This document shows positions 56,916 to 64,000 of a stretch of DNA of 64,000 nucleotides, piece by piece. A program made the position numbers and the translations under genes. The stretch covers positions 204,530-268,529 of the forward strand of contig JAXLZU010000001.1 of assembly GCA_046350735.1 (NCBI GenBank), given 5' to 3'. Source of the stretch: Candidatus Saccharimonadota bacterium. Lineage in GTDB: Bacteria > Patescibacteriota > Saccharimonadia > CAILAD01 > BJGX01. The number at the start of each line of letters is the position of its first letter. The first letter of the stretch is position 1. The notes under the pieces were generated by a model. The model saw only the letters and a list, made by a program, of their open reading frames with translations. It did no database searches and had not been told where the DNA came from.

Positions 56916-57243
56916 CATTATTGAATTTTATGGCGAAACCTGTCCCCACTGTCTTAGTATGAAACCAGTTGTAGAAAAAATAGAAAAAGACATGGGTATC
57001 GAAATTACAAAACTAGAAGTTTGGAATAATGCTGACAATCAGGCAACCATGAAAAAATATGAAGCTATTATTGGTGAGGCCTGTGGCGGCTTTGCTGCGG
57101 TACCTGCATTTGTAAATACTAAGACCAATCAAGCACTGTGTGGTGCACACGACGCCGAAGACATTGCTAATTTAATTAATGGCGGTGACTGTAGTGGCAA
57201 TGTTTGTAAGCCCCATAGCAAAATGCCAAAGGCAAAAGCATGA
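56896..57243 (+). CDS. thioredoxin/glutaredoxin-like protein
   Basis: Active site CPHC. SD aaggagga lies 9 nt upstream of ATG 56896. The longer six-frame ORF from 56740 is rejected. Confidence 0.7.
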   Translation: MTTTQSDIIEFYGETCPHCLSMKPVVEKIEKDMGIEITKLEVWNNADNQATMKKYEAIIGEACGGFAAVPAFVNTKTNQALCGAHDAEDIANLINGGDCSGNVCKPHSKMPKAKA

Positions 57244-57428
57244 GTCCTGCTGGTAAAAAACGTACTCGTCGTCTGGTAGCAAAAGTAAAAAATGCAGGGT
57301 TTTGGCAGCGCTTTAATAAGCCAGGTAGTAGTAGCTCAACATCAAAAGTCAGGGCTAGCGGTCAAAGTAATGCTCGCGAGTTAAGAGGACACGAACACCC
57401 TAAAGAGCCAGAAAGAAACAAAAAGTAA
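57240..57428 (+). CDS. small basic hypothetical protein
   Basis: 62 aa. Its start overlaps the thioredoxin stop (ATGA). Confidence 0.25.
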   Translation: MSPAGKKRTRRLVAKVKNAGFWQRFNKPGSSSSTSKVRASGQSNARELRGHEHPKEPERNKK

Positions 57429-57517
57429 ATTCGTACATATAACGACAATAATTGCTACTAGCTCCTTACTCTTAAGCTTGATACAATATAAGCATAAGAT
57501 TAATCAGGAGACCGTCA

Positions 57518-58528
57518 ATGATTCGAGTTGCAATAAATGGTTTTGGTCGTATTGGCCGCAATGCTTTTAAAATAGCTTTTCTAAAAAAAGATATAGAAAT
57601 TGTTGCTATTAACGATCTTACCGACAATGCAACCCTGGCCCACTTATTGCGACATGATAGTAATTATGGGCATTATAATAAAATGGTTAGCTCTGACGAT
57701 AAGCATATTATTGTCGATGGTAAAAAGATTGTTGTTACCTCAGAGCCAGACCCAGCTAAGTTACCATGGAAAGAACTAAAAGTAGATATAGTTATTGAGT
57801 CTACCGGATTCTTTACAAAAGATGATGCATCTATGGCGCATATTAAGGCTGGAGCTAAGAAGGTAGTGGTGACTGCTCCTGTAAAGGGTGAAAGCAAACA
57901 GGCTAAGACATATGTAATAGGTGCCAACGAGTCTGAGATGAGTGGTGATTATCCAATTATTTCGAATGCTAGTTGTACTACTAATTGTATTGCACCCATT
58001 ATGGCAATTCTTAGTAAAGAGATTGGTATAGAAAAATCACTCATGACTACTGTTCATAGCTATACGGCCAGTCAGGCCTTGCAGGATGCGCCTAACAAAG
58101 ATTTGCGTGAGGGTAGAAATGCAGCCGAGAATATTGTGCCGACTACCACTGGTGCGGCCATTGCCGCAGCATTAACTGTGCCAGAATTACAAAATGTGTT
58201 TGACGGACTAAGTATACGAGTTCCTACCCCGGTAGTTTCACTAAGTGATATTACATTTTTAACTAAGCGTGATACTACCGTAGAAGAAATTAATGAGATT
58301 CTCAAAAAGGCTTGTCGTGGCACTCACAGAGGAGTACTGGACTGCACCGAAGAAGAATTGGTAAGTCGTGATTTTATTGGTGACCCTCATAGCTGTATAG
58401 TCGATCTCAAGCTTACTAATGTGGTAGCTGGTAATCTTTGTAAGGTAGTTGCTTGGTACGATAATGAGTGGGGGTATAGCAATCGTCTTGTAGAAATGGT
58501 AGGGCATGTAGGAAAGGCACTAAAATAA
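57518..58528 (+). CDS. gap: glyceraldehyde-3-phosphate dehydrogenase
   Basis: NGFGRIGR NAD-binding motif and the catalytic ASCTTNC. Confidence 0.9.
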   Translation: MIRVAINGFGRIGRNAFKIAFLKKDIEIVAINDLTDNATLAHLLRHDSNYGHYNKMVSSDDKHIIVDGKKIVVTSEPDPAKLPWKELKVDIVIESTGFFTKDDASMAHIKAGAKKVVVTAPVKGESKQAKTYVIGANESEMSGDYPIISNASCTTNCIAPIMAILSKEIGIEKSLMTTVHSYTASQALQDAPNKDLREGRNAAENIVPTTTGAAIAAALTVPELQNVFDGLSIRVPTPVVSLSDITFLTKRDTTVEEINEILKKACRGTHRGVLDCTEEELVSRDFIGDPHSCIVDLKLTNVVAGNLCKVVAWYDNEWGYSNRLVEMVGHVGKALK

Positions 58529-58541
58529 CTAGGGAGATGCT

Positions 58542-58994
58542 ATGACAATATACATCTCTTCAGACCACGCTGGGTTTGTAAAAAAACACCAACTCTCAGA
58601 GCGCTTGGCGAAAAATTACGAGGTAGTAGATTTGGGCCCAGAAGTACTAAACCCAAATGACGATTATCCTGAATTCGCCGAGCGAGTAGGAAATGCCGTA
58701 GTATTAGACAAAAGTAGCCTTGGTATTATTTTATGTAAAAGTGGTGAGGGGGCAGCAATGGCAGCTAATAAAATACATGGTGTACGAGCAGCATTGGTGT
58801 GGGAGCCGCATCTTGCCATCGAAACAAGAAGTGATAATGATAGTAATGTTTTGGCCTTGCCGGCTGATGAGTTAAGTGTAGACAAGCTTGAAGAAATTGC
58901 TAACAAATTTATCACTACTCCGTTTTCTGGTGCTGAGCGACATAAGCGAAGAATTGCTGAGATACAACAAATAGAGGACGAACAAAAGGACTAA
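58542..58994 (+). CDS. rpiB: ribose-5-phosphate isomerase B
   Basis: RpiB/LacAB family pattern (ISSDHAGF...LCKSGEGAAMAANK). Confidence 0.8.
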   Translation: MTIYISSDHAGFVKKHQLSERLAKNYEVVDLGPEVLNPNDDYPEFAERVGNAVVLDKSSLGIILCKSGEGAAMAANKIHGVRAALVWEPHLAIETRSDNDSNVLALPADELSVDKLEEIANKFITTPFSGAERHKRRIAEIQQIEDEQKD

Positions 58995-58995
58995 G

Positions 58996-59643
58996 ATGAG
59001 CGTGAAGATTGTTCCAGCCATACTGACCGATTCAGTAGATGAGCTCAATACACAATTGCGTATTGCCCGGCAATTAACCGATAGAGTTCAAATAGATATT
59101 ATTGATGGCGAATACGTAGACAACACAACTATTCAGCCTGAAGATATTCAAAAGCCAATCGACTCTAAGTTAGATCTCCACTTAATGGTGAATGATGTAA
59201 TGGGCTACATTACTCAATGTATCAGTCTCAATCCGCACACTATTATTTTTCAGTTTGATGCCCTTCGGTTACAGAGGGATATTTTGGAGGCTATCGATGC
59301 AATTAAGTCTGCAGGATTTAGGGCGGGTCTTGCAATAAATCCCGAAGTCGAAGTTGCAACAATTGAGAAATTTATACCCAAGATAGATCATGTGCTCATT
59401 ATGGGTTATCCTGCCGGTTTTGCTGGTCAAAAGTTTCAGCGTGCGGTAATAGACAAGGTCGCTTTGGTACGGGCAATTCGACCAGACATAGAAGTTGGTA
59501 TTGATGGCGGGGTAAATCACCAGACTCTAAAAGTTGTGGCTAGTGGTGACTTTGATGTGGTAAATGTTAATACGTATCTTTTTCATAACCACGAGTCCGA
59601 TCCGCTCACAGTGTATTCACAACTATTGGAGGCTTTATTGTGA
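58996..59643 (+). CDS. rpe: ribulose-phosphate 3-epimerase-like
   Basis: TIM-barrel RPE family (VPAILT...IDIIDG...HLMV...GIDGG). Confidence 0.7.
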   Translation: MSVKIVPAILTDSVDELNTQLRIARQLTDRVQIDIIDGEYVDNTTIQPEDIQKPIDSKLDLHLMVNDVMGYITQCISLNPHTIIFQFDALRLQRDILEAIDAIKSAGFRAGLAINPEVEVATIEKFIPKIDHVLIMGYPAGFAGQKFQRAVIDKVALVRAIRPDIEVGIDGGVNHQTLKVVASGDFDVVNVNTYLFHNHESDPLTVYSQLLEALL

Positions 59644-60533
59644 TAGAGCAACCTCTTGATATTAAGTCTCTAGAGTTAAAAGCCGACGAAATACGCATGG
59701 ATATTATTACTATGCTTACTCATGCTGGTAGCGGCCATAGTGCCGGTCCACTGGGTATGGCAGATATTTTTACCGCACTCTATTTTGGTGGACTAATGAG
59801 TTACAATGCAAAAAATCCCAACTGGCCAGACCGCGATCGTTTGGTGCTTAGCAATGGGCACATTAACCCTGTACTATATGTTGCAATGGCACATGCGGGT
59901 TATTTTGCGCGTAGCGAGTTAAAAACCTTGCGGCAATTCGGTACACGCTTACAAGGTCATCCAGAGAGACTACGTCTACCTGGTTTAGAGACCACCAGTG
60001 GGCCGTTAGGGTCTGGACTTAGTCAGGCATCTGGTATGGCGTATGGTCTGCGTATGGATAATCAAAAGAAACCACATATTTTTTGTCTTACAAGCGATGC
60101 TGAAATACAAGAAGGAAATTATTGGGAAGCCGTAATGTTTGCTGGCAAAAACAAGCTGCACAATCTATGCGCCATAATCGATCGCAATAACATTCAGATA
60201 GATGGTTTTACAGAAGATGTCATGCCACTCGAGCCGCTAGCAATGAAGTTACAGGCATTTAATTGGCACGTATTAGAAATTGATGGACATAACTTCGAAG
60301 AAATTGCTGCCGCCATAGGCCAGGCACGGGCGATTTTCGAAAAACCAACTGTTATTATTGCTCATACAATTCCGGGTAAAGGAGTAGATTTTATGGAAAA
60401 CGATTGGCGTTGGCATGGTACTCCACCAGACAAATCAGATATTCCAGGTTCACCACCAGTCAGCGACCAGGCCAAAGTTGCTCTTGCCGAGCTTAGAACA
60501 CTAAAAGGAAAGATACAAAGTGAACATCAATAA
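59640..60533 (+). CDS. tkt: transketolase, N-terminal subunit
   Basis: TPP-binding GSGHSAGPLGMAD and GDG-like motif; split-type tkt. Confidence 0.9.
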   Translation: MIEQPLDIKSLELKADEIRMDIITMLTHAGSGHSAGPLGMADIFTALYFGGLMSYNAKNPNWPDRDRLVLSNGHINPVLYVAMAHAGYFARSELKTLRQFGTRLQGHPERLRLPGLETTSGPLGSGLSQASGMAYGLRMDNQKKPHIFCLTSDAEIQEGNYWEAVMFAGKNKLHNLCAIIDRNNIQIDGFTEDVMPLEPLAMKLQAFNWHVLEIDGHNFEEIAAAIGQARAIFEKPTVIIAHTIPGKGVDFMENDWRWHGTPPDKSDIPGSPPVSDQAKVALAELRTLKGKIQSEHQ

Positions 60534-61511
60534 AGCACAGAAACTACATTCTGGCCTGTTTCAGGGCAAGGTCGAAATGCTGCCAATTCGTAAGGGTTTT
60601 GGCGAGGGGTTACTAGAGGCTGGTAAAGAGAATGAGAGTATTGTAGCGCTTAGTGCCGACCTTACAGAGTCTACACAAATGCAGGCCTTTGCCGAAGTTT
60701 TTCCTGACCGTTTTATAGAGATAGGTGTAGCCGAACAAAACTTGGTTACCATTGGTTCTGGCCTAGCTGCTGTTGGAAAACAACCGTTTGTTACTAGCTA
60801 TGCAGGCTTTAGTCCTGGTCGAAACTGGGAACAAATTCGTACCACAATCTGTCTTAATGATAGAAACGTCAAGATTGTAGGATCGCATGCCGGGGTTTCT
60901 GTTGGCCCAGATGGTGCAACCCATCAAATGCTCGAAGATATTGCGTTAATGAGAATACTGCCGAATATGACAGTTGTTGTGCCAGCAGATAGTGTAGAGG
61001 CAAAAAAGCTACCTTGGCTTTAGCTAAAACCCAATCGCCAGCCTATTTGCGATTAGCTCGCGAGAAGACCGCAGTTATCTTTACCGATGACTCACCGTTT
61101 ACCATAGGTAAAGCCGAAGTGTTGGCAGTCGGTAGTGATGTGACAATTGTAGCCTGTGGGCCAATGGTGTATGAGGCGTTAGTAGCAGCAAATAACTTAG
61201 CAAAACATCACCTAAGTTGCGAAGTAATTAATTGCGCCACCATTAAGCCACTCGATGCTAAAACTATTTTGCAGAGCGCCAAAAAGACCCGCAGAGTTAT
61301 TACTGCCGAAGAAGGTCAGGCGGCTGGCGGCCTTGGCGGTGCTGTAGCCGAATTACTAAGTAGTCAGTTACCTACCCCGCTACACATTGTTGGTGTACAA
61401 GACAGATTTGGTCAGTCTGGCGAAGTTACACAATTATGGCACGAGTATCAACTCGATGCTCATGCAATTATGCAATCAGCCATGAAGATAATGAATAAAG
61501 GTAAGCAATGA
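60520..61511 (+). pseudogene. tkt: transketolase C-terminal subunit interrupted by a -1 frameshift in an A6 run (60520-61023 plus 61014-61511)
   Basis: Frame 1 reads ...PADSVEAKKLPWL*. Shifting -1 at gcAAAAAAg (61002-61008) restores ...EAKKATLALAKTQSPAYLRLAR..., the canonical continuation. Confidence 0.8.
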
Positions 61512-62479
61512 ACTCTCCATTACTAGTATATGGCTCGACAGGGTTTGATATTTTTGCTGTCAGTAAAAATTTTCGTGGTCAGGGTGAAGGTGTCGAACAA
61601 ACTGTTATGTTTGATCATCCTAGCCAAATTTGGCTTGACAATGCGATTACCGAGCCAGGAGGTTCTGCATTACTTGCAGCAATTACCATTGCTCGTCAGT
61701 CTATTGAGACCAATTTACTAACTGCAATTGGTAGTGATGCACCTGGTAAAGCCCTCAAGAAGGTTATACAAGAAGAAAATATTAATGAGAGTGCTATTTA
61801 TCAGACAAGCTCGCATGGTAGTGATACACATATCCACCTTACCAGCTCAGGAAGAGACCAAACAACTCTGCATTATACTGGTGCCTTCCTCTCACTTGGA
61901 AAAAAAGAAATAAATAGCAATGTACTGCCATTTCGATGGCTGCATATTGCAGACATACCTCCAGACAAAAAGACACTGCAGGCTTTACTTGCTCTAGCTA
62001 ATAAAGCCAGTGCCCGAGTTTCTATTAATCCGCGTTATGTACATACCTACCATAGCAGTTGGCTGATTAAGGTATTTAAAGAATGTGATTGGGTATTTAT
62101 TAATCGAGACGAGGCTAGCTTGTTATTGGGTGGCTATTTTTCTTTGCGCGAGGCAGCAGAGAAGCTACAAGCATCTGGAATTTCTGCTGGCGTGGTGTAC
62201 GATAATATAGATGGGTCTGCTACATTCTATGCCAATAATATCTACGAGGCAGGCCTTTATGGCAACTCTAAAATGCTCGAGCCCTCCGGCGGAGAAGCGG
62301 TCTTTAGTGCAGCATTTGTAGCAGCAACACTGCAAGAAAAAACTATCGAAGAAAGAATTACTACGGCTAGTGCACAAGCCGCCTCGGTAAAAAGTATTGT
62401 TGGTGCTCGCTCTGCAATATTAAAAAAACCCGCACTACGAACATTAAAAATAATCGCAACGAAAGGATACCCACAATGA
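61508..62479 (+). CDS. PfkB-family carbohydrate-kinase-like protein (degenerate motifs)
   Basis: Ribokinase-like fold; the anion-hole motif is degenerate (GGEAVFSAAF). Confidence 0.5.
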   Translation: MNSPLLVYGSTGFDIFAVSKNFRGQGEGVEQTVMFDHPSQIWLDNAITEPGGSALLAAITIARQSIETNLLTAIGSDAPGKALKKVIQEENINESAIYQTSSHGSDTHIHLTSSGRDQTTLHYTGAFLSLGKKEINSNVLPFRWLHIADIPPDKKTLQALLALANKASARVSINPRYVHTYHSSWLIKVFKECDWVFINRDEASLLLGGYFSLREAAEKLQASGISAGVVYDNIDGSATFYANNIYEAGLYGNSKMLEPSGGEAVFSAAFVAATLQEKTIEERITTASAQAASVKSIVGARSAILKKPALRTLKIIATKGYPQ

Positions 62480-63480
62480 AATCCAAACTACAAATGCTTG
62501 CCGTTGGCGATGTGGTAACTGACGCTTTTATTAGACTCTTGCCAGCCGAAGCCGAGATAGAGCACGATGCTAAGCGACACCCATTATTATGTATGACGTA
62601 TGGAACAAAAATTCCTTATGAAGAAGAAATAGAGGTACCGGGGGTTGGTAATGCAGCTAATGCTGCAGTAGCGGCATCAAAGCTGGGTATGCAAACAGGA
62701 TTTTTAAGCGATGTAGGCTCTGATGAGGTTGGTGAGAAGATTATTCGAAGCTTGCATGCTCATAAAGTATCGACAGAGTTTGTCCGGGTACATATGGGTC
62801 TACGCAGTAATTACCATTACGTATTGTGGTATGGTGCCGATAGAACCATTCTTATCAAGCACGAAGATTATCCGTATAATTGGCCAGAAATTAGATCGTA
62901 CCAAAAGCCAGAATGGATCTATCTTAGCTCAATTGCTGAGAGTGGCGAGCCAATCCATCGTGGGCTAAGCAAATATCTTAAGGAAAACCCAGAGATTAAA
63001 TTTGCGTTTCAACCAGGCACGTTTCAGATACGTGAAGGCCATACCAAATTATCTGGCCTATATGAGCGTTGCAGTATATTTGCTGCTAACAAAGAAGAAT
63101 TTCAGCAGATCTTACACTCTACTAGCTCGAGCGAGAAAGAACTTATTACCAAGATGCACAAGCTTGGTCCCAAAACAGTTTTACTCACAGACGGGCCAAA
63201 TGGCGCATTTGCCTCAGACGGCACCAGAATAGTCTTTATGTCACCATATCCAGACCCTCAGCCACCGGTTGATAGAACAGGTGCCGGCGATGCCTACGCC
63301 ACTACCTTTACTGTGGCTATAGCCAAGGGGCATAGTCTCGAAGAAGCTCTGGCCTGGGCAGGTATTAACTCTATGGGGGTTGTGCAAAAAATCGGTGCCC
63401 AAGCTGGCCTACTAACTTCTGCCGAGCTAAAGCACTATTTGGCAAAAGCACCAAAAAGCTATACGGCCAAAGAAGTATAG
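62476..63480 (+). CDS. PfkB-family sugar kinase
   Basis: GVGNAANAAVA and DRTGAGDAY (DTxGAGD) motifs. Confidence 0.8.
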   Translation: MKSKLQMLAVGDVVTDAFIRLLPAEAEIEHDAKRHPLLCMTYGTKIPYEEEIEVPGVGNAANAAVAASKLGMQTGFLSDVGSDEVGEKIIRSLHAHKVSTEFVRVHMGLRSNYHYVLWYGADRTILIKHEDYPYNWPEIRSYQKPEWIYLSSIAESGEPIHRGLSKYLKENPEIKFAFQPGTFQIREGHTKLSGLYERCSIFAANKEEFQQILHSTSSSEKELITKMHKLGPKTVLLTDGPNGAFASDGTRIVFMSPYPDPQPPVDRTGAGDAYATTFTVAIAKGHSLEEALAWAGINSMGVVQKIGAQAGLLTSAELKHYLAKAPKSYTAKEV

Positions 63481-63521
63481 TCTGGTAGTCTAGGGTAACT
63501 GTCTTTGCTATAATACTTCTT

Positions 63522-64000
63522 ATGCTAGATCTTATTATTATAGGTGGTGGCCCAGCCGGAATGACGGCTGGTGTATACGCAGCCCGAAAAAAACTTAAAA
63601 CTCTCATGCTTACAAAAGACATTGGTGGACAAGCAGCGTGGAGTAGTGATGTAGAAAATTATCCTGGTTTTACAATGATTAAAGGAGTAGAGCTAGCCGA
63701 AAAATTCGAGCATCATCTCGAGCAATTTTCTGATGTACTCGAGCTACGACTGGTAAATAGTGGGGTCAATAACATAGAGAAAGTAGATAATTACTTTGTT
63801 GTAACGACAGCAGATAAGAAGACCACCCATGCTCGGGCAGTAATTATAGCTGGTGGAAAGTTGCCACGACCGCTTGGTGTTTCCGGCGAAAAAGAGTTTC
63901 TTAACAAAGGGGTTACTTACTGTGCTTGGTGTGATGGGCCACTGTTTGCTGGCAAAGATGTAGTAATTGTTGGTGGAGGTAACTCTGCCCTAGATGCCGC
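63522..64000 (+). CDS. trxB: thioredoxin-disulfide reductase, 5' partial (runs off the window)
   Basis: [25 protein letters not shown] motif, redox-active CAWCDG, and a second GGGNSA dinucleotide motif. Confidence 0.85.
   Translation, partial: MLDLIIIGGGPAGMTAGVYAARKKLKTLMLTKDIGGQAAWSSDVENYPGFTMIKGVELAEKFEHHLEQFSDVLELRLVNSGVNNIEKVDNYFVVTTADKKTTHARAVIIAGGKLPRPLGVSGEKEFLNKGVTYCAWCDGPLFAGKDVVIVGGGNSALDA

Noticed and set aside
56740-57243. 167-aa ORF overlapping the VKOR gene
   Set aside because: Its N-terminal 52 codons overlap VKOR in another frame. A strong SD plus ATG at 56896 gives a clean 115-aa thioredoxin-like protein.

Overview
Low-GC (about 40-45%), densely coding bacterial chromosome segment. 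Most genes are short-leader or leaderless and sit behind an extended -10 box (TGCTATAAT). Several core genes are unusually short: AlaRS without the C-terminal C-Ala domain (607 aa) and an SMC-like protein of 839 aa. Together with many small membrane or secreted proteins, this is consistent with a reduced-genome lineage, possibly Candidatus Saccharibacteria/TM7 (CPR), which is inference only. Recognisable housekeeping genes: mnmA, alaS, ftsA-like, ruvX-mltG, a LysM/CHAP hydrolase, obg, tRNA-Ala, mscL, murF, leuS, rpmF, nusB, a Nudix hydrolase, rnc, an SMC-like gene, the rpsP-KH-trmD operon, tRNA-Gln, queA-tgt, a small HD-domain hydrolase, an ABC exporter, a P-type ATPase, an MGMT/Atl-like gene, xth, rpmG, a dsbA-VKOR-thioredoxin cluster, the gap-rpiB-rpe-split-tkt-pfkB sugar-phosphate block, and a partial trxB. 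Six things stand out. (1) Two short segments of about 65% GC sit inside the low-GC background. One encodes a complete, intact paralogue of the low-GC gene immediately next to it. This points to horizontal acquisition from a high-GC donor, or to a chimeric assembly. (2) A tRNA-Ala-flanked accessory block (about 17.9-23.3 kb) carries a 769-aa protein with 13 tandem 60-bp coding repeats, a DUF4287 protein, a transglutaminase-like protein and an A8G7 homopolymer tract. (3) LeuRS carries an intact Nudix hydrolase domain inserted after the CP1 editing domain. (4) Four tandem paralogues encode membrane-anchored two-cysteine proteins with mosaic domain sharing. (5) The transketolase C-terminal subunit is split exactly at an A_AAA_AAG slippery heptamer. 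(6) There are several long non-coding stretches with promoter and terminator signals, and a nearly identical terminator-promoter module upstream of two unrelated genes. All calls come from reading the translations and the sequence; no database searches were run.
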